Part shown: positions 19,895-27,783 of the stretch, piece by piece
How positions within the stretch are numbered: position 1 is the stretch's first letter
Layout: each line of letters opens with the position of its first letter
Source: Ferruginibacter sp.
Lineage (GTDB): Bacteria; Bacteroidota; Bacteroidia; Chitinophagales; Chitinophagaceae
Direction of reading: 5' to 3'
Assembly: GCA_965247085.1 (NCBI GenBank)
Contig: OZ251999.1
Location: forward strand, 4,608,859 to 4,672,858
Length of the DNA stretch: 64,000 bases
Translations under genes and position numbers: made by a program
The notes under the pieces: model-generated
Database searches by the model: none
What the model saw: the letters and a program-made list of their open reading frames with translations, nothing else
What the model was told of the DNA's origin: nothing

Positions 19895-20515
19895 TTATTT
19901 TTTTCTGGGCTGCCTTCTTTTTTTCCATTTTTTTAATCCAATGATGCTAAGTAGCAGTAAAAGAATACAGTACATACTAAGCACCAGGTAGTGCTCTGTA
20001 AAATAAATTGGAATGGCAGCTGCGGTGGCTGCAATGTACCAATACCAGGCTTCAACTTTTTTGGTGGCCAGTAACCAGGTAGCCGTAAAAGCGCTTGCCA
20101 AAACAAAGGCATCGGCCCAGGGTATACGGCCTGCTGCAAAATAAGATCTGAGGTACTGAAGCGTTATACCAAGCAGCAGGTAGCAGGTGCCAAAAAAGGC
20201 AAGCTGCAACAGTTGGCTTTGTTGCGATGAGGCGGTAACACGTATGATGCGGTGCTTTTTCCGGTCCCTTTTTTTCCATTGCAGCCAGCCATAGATACAA
20301 ACGGTAAGATAACAGAGGTCAATCATGATTTCTCCGGGCAATTCTTTATCCAGGCCCAGAAATATATGGATGGCAATGCAGATCCATGCAATAGGATAAA
20401 CATAAATATTTTCTTTATAGCTCAGAAAAAAACAGGCGATCACTGCAAGCAGCAATATGGGCTCAATCAGGTCGTACCCTTTCAATTCGTAATACAGGGG
20501 CCTGATGATATTCAT
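19895..20515 (-). other. PnuC-like (nicotinamide riboside transporter family) 7-TM segment with its own in-frame ATG
   Basis: MNIIRPLYYE... starts at 20515. There are seven hydrophobic segments, with CIYGWLQWKKR, PWADAF..SAFTATWLLATKKVEAWYWYI and a basic KKWKKRRQPRKK tail. This pattern resembles the PnuC family. Confidence 0.65.
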
Positions 20516-21958
20516 CTTGATATTGGTGAGCGAAAAAACCGTACCGCCGAAAGAGGTATTATGCCTGGCAATAAAATGCTGAGGTCCGCCATTGGTAAAA
20601 GAAGGATTGTTATTATTGCCATTTGCTGTAAGTACATTACTGTCACTGATCAGGGTGTCTATTACAGCTCCCGGGTTGGCAAACAGGTACCCGGCGCTGA
20701 AATTGGCAAACGTATTTTTTTGCACCAGTATATTATTGATCTTTAATGCTCCCAGCAGGCCAATTCCCCAATAGGGCCTGGCTGTGGTACTGGCAATGAA
20801 TTGATTTTGCAGTACCAGCAGGTTTTCTATTGAATATTTGTTATCCCCGTCTCTGCCCACCCGTAATGCAAAGCCCTGGTGGCTGCCATCAGACAGGCCA
20901 ATGTTTTCGCAGCGGTTATTTTTTATGGTTACGTTGCGGATCAGGTCGTAAGTTCTGGGAGTGAAGTTTACGATCACGCCCAGGTTTTTCAGCGTATTAT
21001 TTTCTATGCGTACATCGTTGGTCTCAAATTCCAGTACGATACCGTTTTCCAGGTTTTCCTGCCTGCTGGCGGGGCCAATAATATTATCATGTATGTAAAC
21101 ACTGTAGGCATAAGAATCCTTATTCTGATGATTCAGGTCAATAGAACCAATGATGGTGTTGTTGTAAATTTCCAGTCCAAACTCGTTAAACAGCTCAATG
21201 GCAAAGTCCCAGCTCATGCCATCAAAGGCTTCTTTGGTAATGGTATTGTTATAGATCTTGCAACCTCTTAAAAAACCACCATTGTAATACTTTACCGGCC
21301 ATCCATTGGTGCCTTTGGCCCTGCCTGTTTGAGAAATGGTGTTATTATATATCAGCATGCCTTCCTGCCCGCCAATATTCAGGCAGCCACGTCCATAGGT
21401 TTCGTATTTTGCACAGTTGGTAATGGTATTATTGTAACAGCTGTTGCCGGTGGCGTATATGCCCGGTGCCCCGTCTTCATTATCACTTCTGCCTGCCCAA
21501 ACAATACCCCTGTCTTCAAAATCAGTGATCACACAATCATGAATGCTGAAATTGTTGCGGCCCCTTATTTCAATGGCCCATGAAGTGCTTCGGTTATTGC
21601 CGTCTAATTTGATATTACTGATATGCTGATCACCGTTTGTGCCTTCGGGGGATATGGCAACAATAATGGCCGCAAACTCCTGCGTTAATGCCGCACGGAT
21701 AACCGATGCCGGGCCCTCTCCTTCAATACTGACACCCGCGGCAAGCACGGTTCTGCCCACTTCGGTATAGTTACCCGCCATAACATGAATAATATCTCCT
21801 TTTGCAGTTGCTACGGAACTGGCTTTAAGAAGAGACCGCCAGGGATTACTGCTGCTGCCGCTGCCGCTTTCATCACTTCCGGCGGGGCTGATAAAATAAG
21901 TAGTGGCAAAACTGGTATGAAATGATAAAAAAAGTATAAGGGTAAAAAATAGCTTCAT
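19895..21958 (-). CDS. Beta-helix protein (paralog of 15675..19490 N-terminal domain) fused in frame to a PnuC-like 7-TM module
   Basis: The likely start is MKLFFTLILFLSFHTSFATTYFISPAGSDESG at 21958; the ORF track start at 22039 adds 27 unlikely residues. The helix domain is colinear with the 1271-aa paralog up to NNNPSF. It then reads directly into a 206-aa C-terminal membrane domain. Confidence 0.7.
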   Translation of the reverse strand: MKLFFTLILFLSFHTSFATTYFISPAGSDESGSGSSSNPWRSLLKASSVATAKGDIIHVMAGNYTEVGRTVLAAGVSIEGEGPASVIRAALTQEFAAIIVAISPEGTNGDQHISNIKLDGNNRSTSWAIEIRGRNNFSIHDCVITDFEDRGIVWAGRSDNEDGAPGIYATGNSCYNNTITNCAKYETYGRGCLNIGGQEGMLIYNNTISQTGRAKGTNGWPVKYYNGGFLRGCKIYNNTITKEAFDGMSWDFAIELFNEFGLEIYNNTIIGSIDLNHQNKDSYAYSVYIHDNIIGPASRQENLENGIVLEFETNDVRIENNTLKNLGVIVNFTPRTYDLIRNVTIKNNRCENIGLSDGSHQGFALRVGRDGDNKYSIENLLVLQNQFIASTTARPYWGIGLLGALKINNILVQKNTFANFSAGYLFANPGAVIDTLISDSNVLTANGNNNNPSFTNGGPQHFIARHNTSFGGTVFSLTNIKMNIIRPLYYELKGYDLIEPILLLAVIACFFLSYKENIYVYPIAWICIAIHIFLGLDKELPGEIMIDLCYLTVCIYGWLQWKKRDRKKHRIIRVTASSQQSQLLQLAFFGTCYLLLGITLQYLRSYFAAGRIPWADAFVLASAFTATWLLATKKVEAWYWYIAATAAAIPIYFTEHYLVLSMYCILLLLLSIIGLKKWKKRRQPRKK

Positions 21959-22091
21959 GATAAATTTTTCAGCGCCTGTTTTAGGGTAATAACAAAATAC
22001 CCAACGAAGATACTGAATCCTGAAAAAGACAGGCAGCAATTTGAAGCGAATAATTACAAGTGCTGCAGTAGTTGAAGGTGCATTACAAGTT

Positions 22092-22595
22092 CTACCGGCC
22101 TATCATTTCAAGGTTACTCTTTTCAATAAGTGTAACCAATTGCAACCCCATGCTTTCTATTCTTACAGAAGCTCTTTTTCCAACGATGCGTATTAATATG
22201 CCCTGGTAATCCATTAATATGCCCTCTTTTACTTTTACCCGCGCATTTACTTCCAGGGTGCCTTCTACTACCTGCACCGTTTTAAACTCTTTTAAAAACT
22301 TACGGATGGTATCAATTTCACTTTCTTTAATTACAGCCGGCTTACCTAACCAGGTTACATATTTCAATATACCCGGAACCTTTAAAAGCTCCCATTTTTT
22401 ACTGGCTGCAATTTTTACAAATACGTACGATTTAAACAGGGGTTCCAGCACTGTTTTCTTCCTGTCGCTCCATTGCTTTACCACCTTGTTTAAAGGGCAG
22501 TAGTATTCAACTCCCTGGGCTTCCAGTAAGCTGGCTACCTTTTTTTCCCAGCGTGGTTTGGTGTACACGGCATGCCAATGAGGATCTTGTTTCAT
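22092..22595 (-). CDS. UpxY-family (NusG-like) transcription antiterminator
   Basis: The N-terminal NGN-like region is HWHAVYTKPRWEKKVASLLEAQGVEYYCPL and the C-terminal KOW-like region is VKVKEGILMDYQGILIRIVGKRASV. The likely start is MKQDPHW at 22595, not the 22631 ATG. Confidence 0.8.
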   Translation of the reverse strand: MKQDPHWHAVYTKPRWEKKVASLLEAQGVEYYCPLNKVVKQWSDRKKTVLEPLFKSYVFVKIAASKKWELLKVPGILKYVTWLGKPAVIKESEIDTIRKFLKEFKTVQVVEGTLEVNARVKVKEGILMDYQGILIRIVGKRASVRIESMGLQLVTLIEKSNLEMIGR

Positions 22596-22986
22596 TTGTG
22601 TTGATGCTTTGGGGGTTTTTAATTTCAGCATACTGAAATTAAAAAATTATTGCATGCAAAGATAACAGAAATTATACATGATGATTTTATAATATTGTGA
22701 TATCGGGGCTTTGCAAAAGCAGGATAAAACAAAATCTATTTGCTGGTACTAATGCAGGCAAAAAGAAAAGGCTATCATTACGATAGCCCTTTGTGCTGAA
22801 ACCAGAAAACCACCCAAAATTTGTATAAAAAATAAATTCAGTAATTGTAAAAAAAGAGCACGGATTAATTTGTTGTTCAAATATCATTTCCAGGCATACT
22901 TAGTAACGTATACACTACTGGATCTGCAATACAAAGTGAAGGAATGCAGCTGTAATTTAGCAGCGTAGATGTTGGGTATTTTAAAA

Positions 22987-23010
22987 TCAGGTATTTCTAC
23001 CTGACTTTTT
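22987..23010 (-). terminator. Weak hairpin terminator directly after response-regulator stop
   Basis: TCAGGTA-tttc-TACCTGA, a 7-bp stem flanked by A/T runs, abuts the stop codon at 23009..23011. Confidence 0.35.
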
Positions 23011-23677
23011 ACAGGCCAATATGAAAGAGCCCGTTCTTAATGGCAAAAATTACCAGGCCTGCCGTGTTGCGGCAGCCGGCTTTGGCCAGCAGGTTATTCC
23101 GGTGGCCTTCTACGGTGCGGGGGCTGATAAACAACTGTTCGCCAATTTCGGTATTGGTAAATTCCCTGCACAGCAATACCAGTATTTCTTTTTCCCTGCC
23201 GGTAAGTTCTATGGCAATATTGCTCAGGTTTTTAATATCGCCCTGTTTGAACTGCGATGCTTTTCGCATGGCCTGCAGGCTGGCCTGGTTAAAATAAAAA
23301 CCCGTTTTATAAGTGGCACTGATGGCAGTGGTCAGTTCTTCAATTTCGCAGTTTTTAGACAGGTAACCGCAGGCGCCTGCTTCAATCATTTTTGCAATAA
23401 AGCGCTCCTGGTCGTATACCGACAGTATCAGTACTTTTATTGAAGGATATTGTTTTTGTAAAATCCCGTTCAGCTCCACTCCATTCATTTCGGGCATGTG
23501 CATGTCTATAAGCGCAATATCCGGCAGGGCAGTGCCGGTTTGCAGCTGTTCAATAAACTGCTTCCCGTTTTCAGCTTCCTGCAGCAGGGTAAAGCCCGGT
23601 ACCGAACGGATCAGCGAGGCCAGTCCGCTGCGGAACAAGTGTTGATCATCTGCCAGTGAAATCAAAATATCGCTCAT
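23009..23677 (-). CDS. NarL/FixJ-family response regulator (REC + LuxR-type HTH), cassette A
   Basis: The REC domain has DDQ...IALIDMHMPEMNG. The C-terminal HTH is LTGREKEILVLLCREFTNTEIGEQLFISPRTVEGHRNNLLAK. Confidence 0.9.
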   Translation of the reverse strand: MSDILISLADDQHLFRSGLASLIRSVPGFTLLQEAENGKQFIEQLQTGTALPDIALIDMHMPEMNGVELNGILQKQYPSIKVLILSVYDQERFIAKMIEAGACGYLSKNCEIEELTTAISATYKTGFYFNQASLQAMRKASQFKQGDIKNLSNIAIELTGREKEILVLLCREFTNTEIGEQLFISPRTVEGHRNNLLAKAGCRNTAGLVIFAIKNGLFHIGL

Positions 23678-23684
23678 GTAACTA

Positions 23685-24458
23685 TTACTTTTTAGCCGCT
23701 TCCGGCAATATGATCTTAATATAAAATCCCTTGCCCGCTGCGGCAGTTATTTCAAATACACCCTGTATCATTCTTAAACGGGCTTCAATATTCTGCATCC
23801 CCATCCCCGATCTTTTAATTGCATCAGCAGGCATACCAATACCATCATCCTGGTAGCTCATTGTGGTGCAGCCGGCTTCCTTAAAAAATTGCAGGGTAAC
23901 GTTTTTGGCCTGTGCGTGCTTAACGGTATTATTCAGCAGTTCCTGTATGATCCTGAACAAAGCCAGGCTGGTCTTTTTATCCAGTGCATCCAGTGCAGGG
24001 CCCAGGTGGTTTTTAAAATGTAATTGCAGTGTACCCGGGACGGTAAAGGTATCAAATAATTCCTGCAGGGTAAATTCTAACCCAAACAGGTCCAGCCCCG
24101 GCGGCGATAAACTGTGAGAAATAGTGCGTACCGTGTTAATGATATTATCAATAAGGGGTTTGTGTGCAGCATTGGCAGCTTCGCTTTGTGCCATTATCAT
24201 TTTAAGGTTAGAGAGGGAAGCGCCTACATCATCGTGCAGGTCGCGGCCAATTCTTTCCCGTTCCTCTTCCTGCAACTGCAGGGTGGCATGCAGCAGCTGT
24301 TCGCCATAATCCAGTTCGGCTTTTTGCAGGGCTTCTTTTTGTTTGGCAATATTACGCTGGTATCTTAAAAAGAAGAAAATGAAAGCTGCGGCCAGTATAA
24401 AGGTGCCCACCATGGCAAACAATACCAGTAAAAAAATATTATCGGTTACTTTTTGCAT
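23685..24458 (-). CDS. HisKA_3-type histidine kinase with single N-terminal TM and no extracytoplasmic domain, cassette A
   Basis: H-box ERERIGRDLHDDVG and HATPase motifs LNNTVKHA and QDDGIGM. The likely start is MQKVTDNIFLL at 24458; the ORF track start at 24521 overlaps the upstream gene more deeply. Confidence 0.85.
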   Translation of the reverse strand: MQKVTDNIFLLVLFAMVGTFILAAAFIFFFLRYQRNIAKQKEALQKAELDYGEQLLHATLQLQEEERERIGRDLHDDVGASLSNLKMIMAQSEAANAAHKPLIDNIINTVRTISHSLSPPGLDLFGLEFTLQELFDTFTVPGTLQLHFKNHLGPALDALDKKTSLALFRIIQELLNNTVKHAQAKNVTLQFFKEAGCTTMSYQDDGIGMPADAIKRSGMGMQNIEARLRMIQGVFEITAAAGKGFYIKIILPEAAKK

Positions 24459-25087
24459 AACAGAAAGGCTAAAGCGAAAAACAAATACATGCACAAAACC
24501 AGCGCAGCATAAATTACCCATACAATATAATACTCGCGGCTGGAGGCATTGATGATAAAATTAGAAAATACAAATAACATGAACGAACCCGAAAAATAAA
24601 TAAAGATGCCGGAGTTAAAATAAAACTCCGGCAGCAGAAATGTTTTTTTGCCATCGGCAACGGTTGCCAGCCTGGCAAAATAATTGAGTGCAAACAGCAT
24701 ACAAATGATGGCTTCTACCGAACGGGTATAACTGCTGTAGGTGTACACACTCTGAAAGAACAGCGCATTGATGACGCATAGAATAATAAAAGCGGGTACC
24801 AGTATACGGTACAGCAGGCGATTACCGGGCGTATGTAATACTTGTTTGTAAAACCAGCAAAAGAACAGCAGTTCTACAGGTGTATAAATATGTATCAGGG
24901 GTAAATTATTTACATGCATTACCCTGCCGATAATATAGGCCAACAGGCTTACAATGCCTGAAACCAGCAGGTAGTACCAGATGATGGCAGCGCTGCGTGG
25001 TAATACCTTCAGTTTTACTAAGCCAATAATAACAGGCAATAAAACACTGTACGGTACAAATACCGACATAAAGAATTTACTATCCAT
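24446..25087 (-). CDS. 7-TM membrane protein, candidate sensor partner, cassette A
   Basis: 213 aa with seven hydrophobic segments by eye. It overlaps the kinase start by about 13 nt. Its architecture, length and position match 27139..27780. Confidence 0.7.
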   Translation of the reverse strand: MDSKFFMSVFVPYSVLLPVIIGLVKLKVLPRSAAIIWYYLLVSGIVSLLAYIIGRVMHVNNLPLIHIYTPVELLFFCWFYKQVLHTPGNRLLYRILVPAFIILCVINALFFQSVYTYSSYTRSVEAIICMLFALNYFARLATVADGKKTFLLPEFYFNSGIFIYFSGSFMLFVFSNFIINASSREYYIVWVIYAALVLCMYLFFALAFLLCKK

Positions 25088-25093
25088 TTGCTG

Positions 25094-25462
25094 CTAAGGC
25101 TGAAATAAAGGGCTGTTGATATCGCAGGTTTGCGGACAGGGGCTTGTAAAATCAAAGATGGTACTGTCTGCAGGATCACCGGCAGTTGCTCCGGGCATGC
25201 TGATAATATCGTTGCCCTTGATATCTACCGGTACCAGGATGATCTTTAAAGTAGAAATGGTGTCTTTTGTACCCATGGCCAGGTAGGCCCTCACTGAGGG
25301 ACATTGCGAAAATTTAGACAGGTTTACAATATCCTCCATAGGGATATTGAAGGCGCGGATGTAATTGGGATCTTTGTCAATTTTGGTAATGTAATCACGC
25401 CAGTTGGTGGTAATGGCTTCGCCTTCGGCTAAACTGATGCTGTCGGGGAGTTGGTTACTCAT
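25094..25462 (-). CDS. Small conserved hypothetical protein ending in a CPxxC motif, cassette A
   Basis: The likely start is MSNQLPDS at 25462. There is no signal peptide. The C-terminal TSPCPQTCD and the VRAYLAMG...KIILVPVD pattern recur twice in 27784..28752. Confidence 0.6.
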   Translation of the reverse strand: MSNQLPDSISLAEGEAITTNWRDYITKIDKDPNYIRAFNIPMEDIVNLSKFSQCPSVRAYLAMGTKDTISTLKIILVPVDIKGNDIISMPGATAGDPADSTIFDFTSPCPQTCDINSPLFQP

Positions 25463-25687
25463 AAAAAAGGGGGTTGTGTAAGTGAAAAATAAATTATTCC
25501 AAATATAAGCAAAAGGAGTTTCAACCAAAAAGAAATAGTTTTCGTGTATTATATACCGTTATTTGTATTGTAATAATGAATTGCCGGGTGCGGCTACAGG
25601 ATGCGGTAATAGTTGTATATGTAGGTTTAATACTACAAAATCAACTGCCGGAAAGTTAACGGGAAGGGGGGTGGCGCCATGGCATTG

Positions 25688-25718
25688 CCTGCATATTCAC
25701 ATATAAGGCATATGCAGG
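25688..25718 (-). terminator. Hairpin immediately after cassette-B response-regulator stop
   Basis: CCTGCATAT and ATATGCAGG form a 9-bp inverted repeat with a 13-nt loop. There is no clear U-run, so it may be a terminator or an RNA processing or regulatory element. Confidence 0.3.
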
Positions 25719-25720
25719 GT

Positions 25721-26368
25721 TTAAACAGTTACGATGCTGTTTTTAATGGCATACATTACCAGGCCCACCCTTGTTTTTACATTCAGTTTTTCAAACAGTG
25801 CATCGCGGTAACCGTCGATGGTGCGGGGGCTTACAAACATTTTATCGGCAATTTCTTTATAGGTCATTTCGGTGCAGGCATATTTTAAAAAATCGGTTTC
25901 CCTTTCATTTAGTTGTACCAGGCTTTTAAGGCTGCTGCCGCTATCTTCTAATTTATTAATGGCATGCATCAGTTTACCACTTACCAGGTCGCTGTAATAA
26001 AATCCTTTACTCATTACATCTTCAATGGCGGCTTTCAGTTCGGCCGGTTCACTGTCTTTTAAAATATATCCTTTGGCGCCGCATTTAAGCATGCGGATGA
26101 TGGAGGTTTCGTTATCGTACATACTCAGCGCCAGCACTTTTACATCGGGATGGTTTTCCTTTAGCCACTGGGTGGTTTCGTAGCCATCCATTTCGGGCAT
26201 ATTGATGTCCATCAATACCATTTCGGGCAAATTATCCGGGTTGAGCCGGCTGATGAATTCTTTACCATTACTGGCTTCAAAAAAAACGGTGTGCCCCAGT
26301 TTGTTTACCAGTTCGGCAAGGCCATTGCGCAGTAATGCATGATCGTCTGTTAATGCTATTGTTGCCAT
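25721..26368 (-). CDS. NarL/FixJ-family response regulator, cassette B
   Basis: REC domain (DDHALLRNG...VLMDINMPEMDG) plus a LuxR HTH (ERETDFLKYACTEMTYKEIADKMFVSPRTIDGYRDALFEK). Confidence 0.9.
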   Translation of the reverse strand: MATIALTDDHALLRNGLAELVNKLGHTVFFEASNGKEFISRLNPDNLPEMVLMDINMPEMDGYETTQWLKENHPDVKVLALSMYDNETSIIRMLKCGAKGYILKDSEPAELKAAIEDVMSKGFYYSDLVSGKLMHAINKLEDSGSSLKSLVQLNERETDFLKYACTEMTYKEIADKMFVSPRTIDGYRDALFEKLNVKTRVGLVMYAIKNSIVTV

Positions 26369-26390
26369 AGTAAAATGAATCAGTTATTTG

Positions 26391-27146
26391 TTAATTGGTG
26401 GGCACCTCAATGGTTACAAGGGTGCCTTTACCTTCGGTTGACTGTAAATTAAATGTTCCGCCTATTAATTGTGCCCGGTTGAGCATACTTTTTAAACCAA
26501 TGCCTATTTTTTGAGTGGCATCAAAGCCACTGCCGTTATCCACAATCTGCAGAATAAATAGTTGTGGCAGGTATTGCAGTTGCACAGTAAGCTTTTGGGC
26601 TCTTGAATATTTAATACAATTATTGAGTGCTTCCTGCACAATGCGGAAGAGGATCATTTCTTTTTTGGGATCTAGTTTAAAAAGCGTGCCGGTAATTTGT
26701 AATTCTGTTTCAAATGCCCTGGTGCTTTCAATTATTTTTAGTTCGTTGGCAATACTTTCCTGTAAACCCAGTTCGGCAATAATATCGCCGTGCAGGCTGT
26801 GGCTGAGGTTGCGCAGATCGTTAATGGCCTTGCTTACCAAATTTTTAGTATCCTGTATTTTGGGTTCAGTGCTGTTGGGCAACGTATTCAGGTTAAGTTT
26901 GGCAAGGCTTAGTACCTGGCCAATATTATCGTGTATCTCTTCGCTGATGGTTTTTAAAGTTTGCTCCTGAATTTCGAGTTGGGTTTGAAGGAGCTCCTGC
27001 TGGAACTGGGTTTGCATTGACTGTTTTTCAAGCTTATTTTTTTGTTGTTTTCGGGAATATAATGTGGCAAGTAATAGAATAAAAACGCCCAAAAGTAAAA
27101 AGGCAATAACAAAACTGAAAAAGTAGTATTTAATATTCTCAGGCAT
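26391..27146 (-). CDS. HisKA_3-type histidine kinase with single TM, cassette B
   Basis: N-terminal TM YYFFSFVIAFLLLGVFILLLATL, H-box ISEEIHDNIGQ, and HATPase motifs LNNCIKYS and VDNGSGF. Confidence 0.85.
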   Translation of the reverse strand: MPENIKYYFFSFVIAFLLLGVFILLLATLYSRKQQKNKLEKQSMQTQFQQELLQTQLEIQEQTLKTISEEIHDNIGQVLSLAKLNLNTLPNSTEPKIQDTKNLVSKAINDLRNLSHSLHGDIIAELGLQESIANELKIIESTRAFETELQITGTLFKLDPKKEMILFRIVQEALNNCIKYSRAQKLTVQLQYLPQLFILQIVDNGSGFDATQKIGIGLKSMLNRAQLIGGTFNLQSTEGKGTLVTIEVPTN

Positions 27147-27780
27147 TATTCCACTTGTATTTTTTATAGATAACTATTGATAAAATATAGGATAAATAAA
27201 GTAGTAAGAGCAGGCTGTGATTAATTGCTCCAAATAATAAATCTGCTTTATCCCATTTGTTAGCATTGATAATAGGATAGAGAACAAAATAAGTAAAATC
27301 CCCAAGATTGAATAAAAACAAACCAGATGAAAGGAGGAAAAAGTAATTTTTCAATAATGATTCTTCGGTACTTTTTTGAAACTGCTCATATATATAAATA
27401 CAGAAGCAAATTATTACACAACTTTGTCCTGAAAGTAAAGCATAACTATGAAGTATTTTAAAAGGCTGATATATAAAACAAAGTAGGCTGGTAAGCAATA
27501 ATATAATTGATGAAATTTTAGAGAACAATTTCAGGGGTTTATTACCATGAAGCCAGAAAAGGAAAAAATAAAAAGAATACTCGGCAGGGATTGTAAAATT
27601 ATATAATGTAGAGTTTGCATACGGCACTTTATGAAAATAATTGCCAATTAATTCAATGATTAAAATAAATAGAAGAAAAAAAGGCAGCCAGCGATAGCTG
27701 CCTTTTTTTATGTATTTCCAGTAAATTATACTTGTTGAGAATGCAAGAAATTCTACAACATGGTTTTGTGTAATAGTCAT
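27139..27780 (-). CDS. 7-TM membrane protein, candidate sensor partner, cassette B
   Basis: 213 aa with seven hydrophobic segments and an 8-nt overlap with the kinase start. Confidence 0.7.
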   Translation of the reverse strand: MTITQNHVVEFLAFSTSIIYWKYIKKGSYRWLPFFLLFILIIELIGNYFHKVPYANSTLYNFTIPAEYSFYFFLFWLHGNKPLKLFSKISSIILLLTSLLCFIYQPFKILHSYALLSGQSCVIICFCIYIYEQFQKSTEESLLKNYFFLLSSGLFLFNLGDFTYFVLYPIINANKWDKADLLFGAINHSLLLLLYLSYILSIVIYKKYKWNNA

Positions 27781-27783
27781 TTG

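Noticed and set aside
9230-20515. A possible NAD salvage link between the NadE-like gene (9230..10213) and the PnuC-like module (19895..20515).
   Set aside because: The two lie about 10 kb apart on opposite strands in different operons, and no nadR, pncB or other salvage genes are present. The co-location is more likely coincidental, so I did not report it as a system.
22687-22887. A 66-aa ORF in the region upstream of the UpxY gene.
   Set aside because: It has no motifs and an odd composition. It lies in what is expected to be the long untranslated leader or promoter of a UpxY-headed operon, and it contains a hairpin (AAGGCTATC..GATAGCCCTT around 22768..22792) more consistent with a terminator for the upstream operon.
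25538-25553. ATACCGTTATTTGTAT upstream of the cassette-A small gene, considered as another member of the ATACC...GGTAT palindrome family.
   Set aside because: It is only 16 nt, its half-sites (TACCGTT and TACAAAT) abut with no spacer, and the right half does not match. That is too divergent to group with the 18-nt sites.
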